Assembly: GCA_945870025.1 (NCBI GenBank)
Contig: CAMBQN010000004.1
Coordinates: forward strand, 65,017-129,016
Source of the DNA: Akkermansia muciniphila
GTDB taxonomy: Bacteria; Verrucomicrobiota; Kiritimatiellia; RFP12; JAAYNR01
Length of the DNA: 64,000 nucleotides
Direction: 5' to 3'
Below, piece after piece: positions 44,049 to 52,966 of this stretch (position 1 is its first letter; the number at the start of each line of letters is the position of its first letter). The position numbers were made by a program, and so were the translations under genes. The notes under the pieces are model-generated. The model was not told the DNA's origin. It saw only the letters and a list, made by a program, of their open reading frames with translations, and searched no databases.

Positions 44049-44079
44049 CACAGCTCGTCTATCATGCCATAGCCACCGT

Positions 44080-44103
44080 AGGCCGGATTTCCATATCCGG
44101 CCT
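44080..44103 (+). terminator. Second 9-bp hairpin (AGGCCGGAT-TTCCAT-ATCCGGCCT) sharing the GGCCGGA core
   Basis: Read directly from the sequence. A third TTACGGCCGG half-site follows at ~44106. Confidence 0.3.
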
Positions 44104-44146
44104 GTTTACGGCCGGTCTGGCGGGGACAGGCCCGAGGTTTCTCCAT

Positions 44147-44206
44147 CTTTGTCGCGAACTTTGTCGGGAGCTTTGTCGACAACGTTCGCGACTAAGCTCG
44201 CGACGG
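44147..44206. repeat. 12-bp tandem array (5 units): CTTTGTCGCGAA / CTTTGTCGGGAG / CTTTGTCGACAA / CGTTCGCGACTA / AGCTCGCGACGG
   Basis: Period-12 repetition read directly. The first and last units contain mutually complementary GTCGCGAAC / GTTCGCGAC. Confidence 0.7.
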
Positions 44207-44217
44207 TAGAACCCGGC

Positions 44218-44293
44218 GGACGACTACGGCGACGACTACGGATAACGAGGGGAATTCCGAATTCGTCCACCGTCGTCGTCGCCGTAGTCGTCC
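44218..44293. repeat. Family-C palindromic element: 19-bp perfect stem (GGACGACTACGGCGACGAC / GTCGTCGCCGTAGTCGTCC) around a GGAATTCCGAATTC core
   Basis: Arms at 44218-44236 and 44275-44293. The loop is TACGGATAACGAGGGGAATTCCGAATTCGTCCACCGTC. The right half is related to 48062-48104. Confidence 0.8.
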
Positions 44294-45186
44294 ACCGACC
44301 CGTGTCCGGCGGGACTGGAACAGGAAAACCACGCCAGGCCCTGCTTGCGGTAGGCGCGGGGGCCGATGCCGATCTCGCGCTTGAAAAGCCGGCTGAAATG
44401 GAACGCGTCCGGGTAGCCGCAGGCCTCGCCCACCTCGGCCACCGTGTGATCCGTCGTAACCAGCATCTGCTGGGCCCGGCGCAGGCGGATCCGCGCCACG
44501 TATTGCAGCGGCGGCACTCCCAACACCCGACGGAAGGCCACGTGGAACCGGGAGGGCGACATGTGCGCCCGCTCCGCCAGGTCGTCCCGCGTCAGGGGCT
44601 CCTGCACGTGCTGCTGGATGAAGGCCAGCACCGGCGCGAGCCGCGCGGCGCCTTCCTCAAAGGCTTGGTAGGACGGTCGCAGGGTCGCCTGGCTCAGCAC
44701 CAGCCTCAGGAGTCGCAGTCCGATCTCCTGGATCTCGATCCGAACCGCCAGTGCGCCGTCGTCTCCCTTGGCCAGCAACTGGCTCAGCCGCGCGCTGCCG
44801 TCCCCGAGTTCCGGCGAGGTCGCCCGCGACGCGAGGTCAGGGACGTCGTAGAAATCGAACAGGCTCACCGACCCCAGCACGCGGAAGTTCAGGTGGCTCC
44901 ACCAACTGGCACCTTCCCGGCTCTCGAATACTTCGACCCGGTGCCTCACGCCGGGAGCGATGAGAACTGCGCCGCCCGGCCGCGTCTCGACGGTCTGCAC
45001 ACGCGCCGCGCGCTCGACATCGACCCGGAGCCGGCAGCTCCGTCCCTGCGTCACGAGCAAGGCCGGAAGAATCCGCCAGCCCGTGCTGTGGCCGTTGGGG
45101 ACCGGGGTCACGCCCGCAGTCTCCACCTCCACCGTCAGCGACTCGACCAGCCGCGCCTCGAACCTCGCGGTCTCCGGAACTCCCAT
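44236..45186 (-). CDS. AraC-family transcriptional regulator
   Basis: C-terminal double HTH LTRDDLAERAHMSPSRFHVAFRRVLGVPPLQYVARIRLRRAQQML...ACGYPDAFHFSRLFKREIGIGPRAYR. The N-terminal half is cupin-like. The last ~19 codons (VDDYGDDDGGRIRNSPRYP) are encoded by the family-C repeat. Confidence 0.85.
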   Translation of the reverse strand: MGVPETARFEARLVESLTVEVETAGVTPVPNGHSTGWRILPALLVTQGRSCRLRVDVERAARVQTVETRPGGAVLIAPGVRHRVEVFESREGASWWSHLNFRVLGSVSLFDFYDVPDLASRATSPELGDGSARLSQLLAKGDDGALAVRIEIQEIGLRLLRLVLSQATLRPSYQAFEEGAARLAPVLAFIQQHVQEPLTRDDLAERAHMSPSRFHVAFRRVLGVPPLQYVARIRLRRAQQMLVTTDHTVAEVGEACGYPDAFHFSRLFKREIGIGPRAYRKQGLAWFSCSSPAGHGSVDDYGDDDGGRIRNSPRYP

Positions 45187-45431
45187 GGTTCTTCCTCCCC
45201 ACCCAGCACTTTACGACAGTTCTTCGACATCCCCGTCCATTCCGACCACGCTGCAAATGTGAGATTATGTGGCATCGCTGGTGAAGAGTCAACATTCGGA
45301 GGATACAAATGAACAGGACTACCAGCGCAAGACCTGACCGGCGTGGGCCTTACCATGAATCGTAGGCAACATGAACAATTACTGGCGATGATAAACCAAA
45401 CCGCGACGAAAACAGCAACGAGGACAAGGCC

Positions 45432-47624
45432 ATGAGCACCTCAACCCATCAAAATCCATTGGCGTCGATCACCACTCAACCAGGCATTCCGCAAGTCGAT
45501 TTTTCCTATGCCTTCGCCACTCCCCACCGACTGACGGTCTGTCTGCCTGACAGCAGCGACAAAACCCTGGTCGACTGTCAGGCTGGTTCGTTGCGACTGG
45601 CGTGGAGTTACGACGACCAGCGCAACAAACCGCTCGCCGCTTTCACCACGCCGGCCACCAACTGGGAAGTCACGGTGACGCCGGAGGTGGATGGTCATGC
45701 TTGCGCGTCGAGCCGTTGGTCGCGACTCGATGGATGGATGCCGGTTCTAGTCTATGTTGCCGACGATGGTCTGGTGTCCATCCGCATGGAGGCGATCGGC
45801 GGACCTACCGCGATGGTGCTGCGGATCCGGGTGGCGAACCGCGACCAAACGCCGCACCAAGTGTCCGTTCCCTGTGTAAAGCCAGGGGGTTGGCTCGGTT
45901 TGAATCCTGGCTGGATCGACCCCGACGACGATCGGGATGTACTGTTGGCAGGTTGGATGGATCGCGCCGACCGGATCATCGTTATGGTGGCCGGCAACGC
46001 CGACCTTGCCCTGCGCGCAGTTTCCACCCTCTGCCCGACATGGAATCTTGCCCCGGGCGATGAACGCGAGATATACCTGATCCGACCCTACCGAGCCAAC
46101 CATCGTGACCTTCCGGCTCTGCGTCGTCACGATTGGGCTCAGGAATCCGAAGCCGGCCTGGCCGCCTGGCGCTCGCTCCTGAATCGCTGCGCCAAGGTCA
46201 CCATTCCCGATGCCGGAGTGCAAGGGGCCTTCCAGGCCTGTGTGGCCGACTGTTTCGTGATGCGCGAACCCGTGGCCGATGGTTCGGTGGTCGCCTCGCC
46301 AGGCACGGAATGCTACCGAGCGCCCAACTCCTTCGAACCACTGATCGTCTCCGTGTTGTTCGATCAACTGGGTCTGCATGCCGAAGCCCGCGGCAACACC
46401 GCCATGTTCCTGGAACGTCAGGATGAACACGGCAACTGGGCCGATCCCGACGGATGGGTACATCACATGTGGGGCGCCTCAGGAGTGAAATCCTGGGCCA
46501 TCCTTGAGCATGCCCGACTCACGGCCGACACGACCTGGTTGGCCACGGTCTTCCCGCGCATGTTGGCAAGCAGTCGCTGGCAGGACTCGCGCAGGGCTAA
46601 AACCCGAGTGCTTGTTGATGGCCAACGATCTCTGACGTATGGCCTCATGCCACGCGGTTTCGGCGATTGCGGCCTGCAGGCCCGGGATGATGGGAACTAT
46701 GACTATTTCCTGCCCCACAACATCCTGGCGGTTGCAGGCGACGCTCTGACCGTGGCGGCTGCTGAGATTCTGGGCCGGTCAGACGTGCTCGACGAGGTGC
46801 GCCGCATCTACGCCATAGCCCAAAACGATCTGCTCCAGGTTCTGGATCGCGGGGCGATTGCCGAAGACGGTTATCGCTGGATTCCAGGTGTGCCAGGGCA
46901 CACCTGCGGCAGTCGCTGGGGAGCGCTCTACGCCGCGTTTCCCTGCAATATTCTGGCACCAGATCATGAACTGATCAGCGGAACCATCCGCAAAATCGAG
47001 GCGCGGATGAGTCCCGGTGGCATCCCAGTCCACACCGGTTGGATGAAGGATGGCATGTGGGTGGCCATCACCCTTGACAATCTGGCTGAGGTCTTGTTGC
47101 AACGTGACCAGAAAGGCGACGCCGATGCCGCGGTGCGGTATCTCTACGCCACGCTCAACCACGGCACGCCGTTATACACCTGGTGCGAGGAACGCGGCCA
47201 GGAACCTGGCGCCAAGGATTGTTCCGGCGACCGGCAGCACCTGTGGACACCGGTGGCGGTCGCCCGATTTATTCGCGATGCCCTGGTCATGGATGATGGC
47301 GAGACACTCCACCTGGCCCGAGGCACGGCCCGTCATTGGTTGGAACAGGGGAAGACGATTGCCATGACGACTGCACCGACCCATTTTGGCGTGGTGTCTT
47401 TCGACATCGTTTCGGATGTGAACAACAGACAGATCAAGGCGCGAGTCACCATGCCTGCCAGAGAATCCGCGAAGGAAGTTCGTCTCCACCTACGCCATCC
47501 AACGTCAGCGCCGATCAAGAGCGTCACGGTCAACGGCAATTCATGGAAGGACTTCAACGAGGACAAGGAGACGGTCACACTGAAGGATCTGACTGGTGAT
47601 GTTACAGTAACGACTCAATACTGA
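45432..47624 (+). CDS. Hypothetical 730-aa protein, possibly a glycoside-hydrolase-like (alpha/alpha)6 enzyme
   Basis: Long ORF of normal composition, divergent from the AraC gene and adjacent to GH29/GH43. No motif I can name with confidence. Confidence 0.5.
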   Translation: MSTSTHQNPLASITTQPGIPQVDFSYAFATPHRLTVCLPDSSDKTLVDCQAGSLRLAWSYDDQRNKPLAAFTTPATNWEVTVTPEVDGHACASSRWSRLDGWMPVLVYVADDGLVSIRMEAIGGPTAMVLRIRVANRDQTPHQVSVPCVKPGGWLGLNPGWIDPDDDRDVLLAGWMDRADRIIVMVAGNADLALRAVSTLCPTWNLAPGDEREIYLIRPYRANHRDLPALRRHDWAQESEAGLAAWRSLLNRCAKVTIPDAGVQGAFQACVADCFVMREPVADGSVVASPGTECYRAPNSFEPLIVSVLFDQLGLHAEARGNTAMFLERQDEHGNWADPDGWVHHMWGASGVKSWAILEHARLTADTTWLATVFPRMLASSRWQDSRRAKTRVLVDGQRSLTYGLMPRGFGDCGLQARDDGNYDYFLPHNILAVAGDALTVAAAEILGRSDVLDEVRRIYAIAQNDLLQVLDRGAIAEDGYRWIPGVPGHTCGSRWGALYAAFPCNILAPDHELISGTIRKIEARMSPGGIPVHTGWMKDGMWVAITLDNLAEVLLQRDQKGDADAAVRYLYATLNHGTPLYTWCEERGQEPGAKDCSGDRQHLWTPVAVARFIRDALVMDDGETLHLARGTARHWLEQGKTIAMTTAPTHFGVVSFDIVSDVNNRQIKARVTMPARESAKEVRLHLRHPTSAPIKSVTVNGNSWKDFNEDKETVTLKDLTGDVTVTTQY

Positions 47625-47660
47625 AGCCATCCTCATCGAAGCGACCCGCAAGGATGAAGG

Positions 47661-47880
47661 CAAGGAATCAGGGAATGCGCGAAGCGGGTAGGGCAGCGGC
47701 GTCCCCGCTGAAGAGAAAAGCTGAAAGCTGAAAGGCGCTTCGTGCAAGGGATCAGGAAAAGCGCGAAGCGAGGTAGGGCGACGGCGTCCCCGCTGAAGAG
47801 AAAAGCTGAAAACTGAAAAGCTGAAAACGGAAAGGCGCTGCGCGCAAGGGATCAGGGTCAGCGAGAAGCGATGTAGACGC
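47661..47880. repeat. Tandem family-A-like units (84 bp, 100 bp and a partial unit) containing (GCTGAAA)n heptad arrays
   Basis: Unit 1 is 47661-47744 and unit 2 is 47745-47844. Both read CAAGGRATCAGG..GCGCGAAGCG.GGTAGGGC..CGGCGTCCCCGCTGAAGAGAAAAGCTGAAA...GGCGCT.CG.G, with 2 versus 4 heptads. A 17-bp inverted partner of AGGGCGACGGCGTCCCC (47775-47791) lies at 47923-47939. Confidence 0.8.
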
Positions 47881-48061
47881 TTGCTGCAGACCGGCAGGCA
47901 TTTCCATTATCAGCGGCGCGGCGGGGACGCCGTCGCCCTCGTGCGCTGCGCGGACACCGATTGCTTTTGATCATGGACCTGCGGTCAGAGAGAAGGAACG
48001 CGTAAGGAGTGTGTGTGGGTATGTGAGTGTGTGGGTGAAGGCGCGAAGCGGGTCTGTGTGT

Positions 48062-48190
48062 GAAATCGTCATCCGTAGTCGTCGCCGTCGTCGTCCACCG
48101 ACCGATGCGACGGCCGCAGGAGGATGTAGCAGGGATCGACCGGAGGGAATCGTCATCCGCTCTCGTCGCCCGCTCTCGTCCACCGGACGG
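48062..48190. repeat. Two direct family-C half-copies (48062-48104 and 48146-48190)
   Basis: The two copies are GAAATCGTCATCCGTAGTCGTCGCCGTCGTCGTCCACCGACCG and GGAATCGTCATCCGCTCTCGTCGCCCGCTCTCGTCCACCGGACGG. Compare 44259-44302, GAATTCGTCCACCGTCGTCGTCGCCGTAGTCGTCCACCGACCCG. Confidence 0.75.
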
Positions 48191-48242
48191 AGAAAGACTC
48201 GGTTGACGATTACGGGTGACGTGTGCAGGCGAGCGTGGATGG

Positions 48243-48397
48243 CAGCAATTCTCATTATGGTCGTCGATTTCGGTATCCAAATCGAAATCGGGATCGGGAT
48301 CGACGAGAAAGATGGGAATTCAACCCCGACCCCGATAGCGATAGCGATTTCGATTTCGATTTCGACTGGCCGGATGCGATCAAAATTAGAATTGCTG
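48243..48397. mobile_element. Family-B MITE-like element, copy B3 (155 bp)
   Basis: TIRs are CAGCAATTCTCATTATG (48243-48259) and CAAAATTAGAATTGCTG (48381-48397). The interior is collinear with copy B1 (…CGACGAGAAAG..GGGAATTCAACCCC(GACCCC)GATAGCGATAGCGATTTCGATTTCGATTTCGAC…) with one extra hexamer in two of the arrays. No flanking direct repeat. Confidence 0.8.
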
Positions 48398-48524
48398 GAG
48401 GGTGAAAAGGGGACAGAGAAATAGAGTCAGGATGGAATGGCGCTTACTTAAGCGATGTTTCCGATCATAATCCTAATCTTAATCCGTTCTCCACCAGCAC
48501 GTGTTCGTCGAAGCGTCGCGGCCG

Positions 48525-49601
48525 TTACCCGTTGCGCGCTTCGAAGTCGGCCATGAAGCCGACCAGCGTCTGAACTCCGGCGACAGGGAAGGCGTTGTAA
48601 ATCGAGGCGCGGACACCTCCCACGGAGCGATGTCCCTTGAGACCCTTCATGCCTAGCTTGGAGGCTTGGGCGATGAAGAGGTCTTCCAACTCAACCGTGG
48701 GCAGGCGGAACGTCACATTCATGTCGGAGCGACATTCCTTGCGGGCGGTGCCGCGGTAAAACGCCGTCGCATCGATCCGCTGATAGAGCAGCGCCGCCTT
48801 TTCGGCGTTCTGCTGGTGCATCCGCTCCAGGCCGAACGCCTTGAGCCAGCGGGTGACCAGGGTCAGAATGTAGATGCTGAAGCAGGGCGGAGTGTTATAC
48901 ATCGACTTGTTCTCGATGTGGGTGCTGTAGCGGAGCATCGTGGGAAGGGTCTTGGACTCTTTTTCGGCAAAATCCTTGCGAAGGGCGACGACCGTGACTC
49001 CTGAGGGCCCCAGATTTTTCTGGGCACCGGCGTAAATGAGCGAGAACGGTTTGGCGTTGAAGGGGCGCGACAGGATGTCCGAAGACATATCGGCCACGAG
49101 CGGGGCGTTGGGGGAGGGGAATGCCTTCCATTGCGCGCCCGAGATCGTCTCGTTCGAAGTGAGGTGCAGATAAGCGGCGCCCGGCGTCAGCTTCAGATCG
49201 CCGGGTGCGGGGACGCGCGTCGGCACATCCTTTTCGCAATCTGCGGCGACGGCCACCGTGCCGATCAGGCGGGCCTGCTTGAGGGCAGCCGAGCCCCAGC
49301 TCCCCGAATTGACGTAATCGGCGGTCTGGCCTGCGCCCAGAAAGTTCATGGGAATCATGCCGAATTGCAGGCTCGCGCCGCCCTGAAGCAGCAGCACCTC
49401 AAACGCATCGTCAAGGCCGAGCAATTCCTTCAGGTTGGCGATCGCCTCGTCATGGACCGCCTCGTACTCCTTGCCGCGGTGCGACATCTCCATGATGGAC
49501 ATCCCCGAACCTTTGTAATCGACGAGATCGGCTTTGGCGGCTTCGAGGACTTCGACCGGCAGCATGGCCGGACCGGCGCTGAAATTCAGAATGCGTGACA
49601 T
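48525..49601 (-). CDS. serC: Phosphoserine aminotransferase
   Basis: MSRILNFSAGPAMLPVEVLEAA...SIMEMSHRGKEY... is the classical SerC N-terminus. 358 aa. Confidence 0.95.
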   Translation of the reverse strand: MSRILNFSAGPAMLPVEVLEAAKADLVDYKGSGMSIMEMSHRGKEYEAVHDEAIANLKELLGLDDAFEVLLLQGGASLQFGMIPMNFLGAGQTADYVNSGSWGSAALKQARLIGTVAVAADCEKDVPTRVPAPGDLKLTPGAAYLHLTSNETISGAQWKAFPSPNAPLVADMSSDILSRPFNAKPFSLIYAGAQKNLGPSGVTVVALRKDFAEKESKTLPTMLRYSTHIENKSMYNTPPCFSIYILTLVTRWLKAFGLERMHQQNAEKAALLYQRIDATAFYRGTARKECRSDMNVTFRLPTVELEDLFIAQASKLGMKGLKGHRSVGGVRASIYNAFPVAGVQTLVGFMADFEARNG

Positions 49602-49668
49602 GGCTATTCTCCTAATTTGGCGTGATGCAAAGCATGTTAGCCGTGGACGGGCGGGAAGTCAATGCCCT

Positions 49669-50913
49669 TCATAACGTTTCCAGGAAGGTCTCGGTGCGTG
49701 CGCGAAGCAGCTCCGTGTCCTCCAGATTGTAGTCGGTGCTCAAGTTGAGGAACGGGATGCGGCGGTCGCGAAGCGTGCGTTCGATGCGGCAGTTTTCGAG
49801 GTCAAACGCATGGCAGAATCGGAGCGCATACTGAACGACACCGTCGGCATGCTGCTTTTCCACGAGGTCGATGATGCGGTTGAGCCGGGTGGTCTGTCCG
49901 CAAAAGCAGGGGCAAACCAACCCGAAGGCTGCGCGTTCCGCGAGCGCGCGGTAAGCCGCATCGAGGCTGGTGCCGGCGAGAACGACCGGATCGCTGCAAG
50001 ACTGGGTGCCCGTGCAGATGGTATCGGCGACGACGTCGGCCCCGCACAACTCCAGAATGTTGAGTGGCTTAAAATTCGGCCAGATAATCGGCGAGCCCGT
50101 GAGCACGACGCGTCGCCTCAAGCTGCGGGGTTCGGGCACACACGCCTGAACCTCGGCGAGGAGAATTTCGGCAGGCTTGATCCAGGTTTCGAGGGGTTCG
50201 GGCGAGAACAACGAAGCCTGGACCGTGACGAAGAGGTCGCGTATGGAGAGCGAGCCGGGCTGAGCGGTGCGCGCAACCTGCAGGCGGCGGATGAGATCGT
50301 TACGGCGCGCCGTGAGGGCGATGGCGGCGAGCAGACCGGCGCGGTTCAGCGTGTGGCCGGTGATGGTGGCTACAAATGCCGCGAGCCTTTTGAGTTCGGC
50401 GACAATCTCGTCGGCGTGGCACGCGCTATCCGGGTCCGTCGGCAAGGCGAGTTGAAAGACCGGGCCGAAATGGGCGAGGATGTCTGCCAGTTTGCGTTTA
50501 GCATCGCAAGAGGCGGGGATCACAAAGGCATCACAGGTTCGGGGAATGCCGTCTTCGCGCAGAAAAAGACCCAACGTCGCCTGAGCAAGCGGGCAGATGT
50601 CGCCGGTGAGGTGCTCTTCTCCAGACAGGGCCGCCGCACTGTTGCCGCAGTCGAGGCGGACCGTATCTGCTCCAGCGGCCAGGATGACCTCGACGGGGAT
50701 GAAATTGCAGAGGATGCCGATGCGGGGACGGGGCTTGGGCGCCTCCGCCGCGTTGACCAGGCGCTCGACAAAATAGGGAATGCTGGAGGGCCGGTTTGGC
50801 GCATCGTCCAGATGTTGGCGTTGGGCAGACTCAACCATCGCCTGCTTGCGACGATTGCCGGGACTGTCGGAGGAGACGAGCGGAGTGCGGTTTTTTTTGT
50901 CGGATCGGTTCAT
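49669..50913 (-). CDS. 2-hydroxyacyl-CoA dehydratase family protein (HgdB/BcrC/BadD-like D-component)
   Basis: IGILCNFIPVEVILAAGADTVRL..., CPLAQATLG, VIPASCDAKRKL, and C-terminal GVVQYALRFCHAFDLE...IPFLNLSTDY. Start moved to MNRSDKK (ATG 50913). The track ORF's upstream 180 codons are antisense to ispF. Confidence 0.75.
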   Translation of the reverse strand: MNRSDKKNRTPLVSSDSPGNRRKQAMVESAQRQHLDDAPNRPSSIPYFVERLVNAAEAPKPRPRIGILCNFIPVEVILAAGADTVRLDCGNSAAALSGEEHLTGDICPLAQATLGLFLREDGIPRTCDAFVIPASCDAKRKLADILAHFGPVFQLALPTDPDSACHADEIVAELKRLAAFVATITGHTLNRAGLLAAIALTARRNDLIRRLQVARTAQPGSLSIRDLFVTVQASLFSPEPLETWIKPAEILLAEVQACVPEPRSLRRRVVLTGSPIIWPNFKPLNILELCGADVVADTICTGTQSCSDPVVLAGTSLDAAYRALAERAAFGLVCPCFCGQTTRLNRIIDLVEKQHADGVVQYALRFCHAFDLENCRIERTLRDRRIPFLNLSTDYNLEDTELLRARTETFLETL

Positions 50914-51037
50914 GGTTTTTATAGAGTGCCAAAAATGCAGGAGAAAGGCCAGTGCGATTTCTTTTTGGATAGCATGCAGGGCGAACGCCCTGATTACGCG
51001 ATTGTTTCCGCGCGCATTTTTCGGTATACTCACGCGC

Positions 51038-51541
51038 ATGATCAGGACCGGAATAGGATTTGATGCGCACCGCCTCGCCGCTGGCCGTCGGCTGGTGATT
51101 GGCGGCGTGGAGATACCCCACGAGCGGGGGCTGGATGGCCACTCGGATGCGGATGTGCTGGCGCATGCGCTCATGGATGCGCTGCTCGGCGCCATCGCGG
51201 ACGGCGACATCGGCCACCATTTTCCCCCGTCAGATGCGCGCTGGAAGGATGCCGACAGCCTCGTCTTGCTGCGCCAGGTAGCCGACAGGCTGCGAACGGC
51301 GGGGTGGGGGATTGTCAACACCGACGCGACGGTCCTGGCTGAGGCTCCCCGGCTAGCCCCGTTCATTCCGGCCATGCGCCAGAAACTCGCCGCGGCCATG
51401 TCCATCGACGTGCAGGCGGTCTCCGTGAAAGCCACCACGGTCGAAGGGATGGGTGCCATCGGACGCCGGGAGGGGATCTCTGCAATGGCCGTGGCCTCGG
51501 TTGCGCCACTCGCCGGTCACGCCCCGCTGGCCGTTTCATAG
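51038..51541 (+). CDS. ispF: 2-C-methyl-D-erythritol 2,4-cyclodiphosphate synthase
   Basis: MIRTGIGFDAHRL...GHSDADVLAHALMDALLGA...DIGHHFP. Start at the internal ATG 51038. Confidence 0.93.
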   Translation: MIRTGIGFDAHRLAAGRRLVIGGVEIPHERGLDGHSDADVLAHALMDALLGAIADGDIGHHFPPSDARWKDADSLVLLRQVADRLRTAGWGIVNTDATVLAEAPRLAPFIPAMRQKLAAAMSIDVQAVSVKATTVEGMGAIGRREGISAMAVASVAPLAGHAPLAVS

Positions 51542-51556
51542 AAGGAACCGAACACG

Positions 51557-52966
51557 ATGCAGTTTTACAACACACTGACGCGATCCAAGGAGACGTTCGA
51601 ACCGTTGGAAAAAGGCCATGCGCGCCTCTACACCTGCGGTCCGACGGTCTACAACTTCGCCCACATCGGCAATTTTCGCGCCTACGTCTTTGAGGATCTG
51701 TTGCGCCGCACCCTCCGCTACGCCGGGTTGCGGGTGACGCAAGTGATGAATTTGACGGATGTGGACGACAAGACGATTCGCGGCGCGATAACAGCCGGAC
51801 TGCCCTTGAAGCGGTACACACACCCTTTTATCGAGGCGTTTTTTTCGGACCTGAAAGTGCTCAATATCGAGTCTGCCGAGGTCTATCCCGCCGCGACGGA
51901 CCACATCCCCGAGATGATCGTGCTGGTGCAGTCCCTGCTGGACAAGGGACTGGCCTATCGCACCGATGACGGTTCGGTCTATTTCAAGGTGGACGCCTTT
52001 CCGCAGTACGGTCGGCTGGCTCATCTCGACCGCACGAGTCTGCGAGTGGGCGCACGCGTCGCCCAGGACGAGTACGAAAAGGAAAGTGTTGGCGATTTCG
52101 CCCTGTGGAAGGGTTGGGATGAAAAGGACGGCGAGGTCGTGTGGGACGCACCGTGGGGGAGGGGACGTCCCGGTTGGCACATTGAGTGTTCGGCCATGAG
52201 CATGAAATATCTTGGCGCATCGTTCGACATCCATACCGGAGGGATCGACAACCTGTTTCCGCACCACGAGAATGAAATCGCGCAGGCCGAGGGCGCCACC
52301 GGCGAAACGTTTGTCCGTTACTGGCTCCACTGCGCCCATTTGCGTGTCAACGGGGAGAAGATGTCCAAATCGTTGGGCAACTTCTTCACGCTGCGCGATC
52401 TGATCGCACAAGGGTGGGGGGGGCGCTGGATCCGCTACGTCTTGATCAGCGGCCACTACCGGCAGCCACTGAACTTCACCTTTGATGCTCTGGAGGCATC
52501 GCGAACCGCCTTGTCACGCATCGATGCGTTTGTCGACCAGCTCGCCGAAACCGCAGGCGGGTGCGAGCCGTCTGCGGATCTGCCCTCCTGGGCAGCCGCT
52601 GGCCGCGATGCTTTTGATGCGGCGGTTTTTGACGATCTGAATCTGCCCGAGGCGCTGGCGGCTCTGTTCGGAATTGTGCGCGACGGAAACGCCGCCGTGA
52701 GCGCCGGCACCGTGACGCCTGCGGAGGCGGCTGCCATCGCCGCCTTGCTCAAGCAGTTTGACCGCGTGCTGGGCGTGCTCCAGTTTGGGCGTGTGTGTGA
52801 CGAGGCGGTGCCCGCCGCCATTCAACAATTGGCCGACGCCCGCAGCGCGGCACGAACACAGAAGCATTGGGCCGAGTCCGACCGGCTGCGCGATGCGATT
52901 GCCGCCGCGGGCTGGGAAGTCCGCGATTCCAAGGATGGTCAGAAATTGAAGAAACGGCAGGCCTAG
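51557..52966 (+). CDS. cysS: Cysteine--tRNA ligase
   Basis: YTCGPTVYNFAHIGNFR (HIGH-type) and GEKMSKSLGN (KMSKS). Confidence 0.96.
   Translation: MQFYNTLTRSKETFEPLEKGHARLYTCGPTVYNFAHIGNFRAYVFEDLLRRTLRYAGLRVTQVMNLTDVDDKTIRGAITAGLPLKRYTHPFIEAFFSDLKVLNIESAEVYPAATDHIPEMIVLVQSLLDKGLAYRTDDGSVYFKVDAFPQYGRLAHLDRTSLRVGARVAQDEYEKESVGDFALWKGWDEKDGEVVWDAPWGRGRPGWHIECSAMSMKYLGASFDIHTGGIDNLFPHHENEIAQAEGATGETFVRYWLHCAHLRVNGEKMSKSLGNFFTLRDLIAQGWGGRWIRYVLISGHYRQPLNFTFDALEASRTALSRIDAFVDQLAETAGGCEPSADLPSWAAAGRDAFDAAVFDDLNLPEALAALFGIVRDGNAAVSAGTVTPAEAAAIAALLKQFDRVLGVLQFGRVCDEAVPAAIQQLADARSAARTQKHWAESDRLRDAIAAAGWEVRDSKDGQKLKKRQA

Noticed and set aside
44149-45312. 387-aa +strand ORF
   Set aside because: Antisense to the AraC regulator. 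Its N-terminus is a translation of the 12-bp and family-C repeats.
47858-48424. ORFs inside the repeat island (140 aa, 137 aa, 94 aa, 60 aa)
   Set aside because: Low-complexity translations of tandem or palindromic repeats, with no start context or motifs.
49810-51063. 417-aa +strand ORF, and the N-terminal 180 codons of ORF 49669..51459
   Set aside because: The first is antisense to the HgdB-like gene. The second is antisense to ispF. Both real genes have strong motifs in the other frame or strand.
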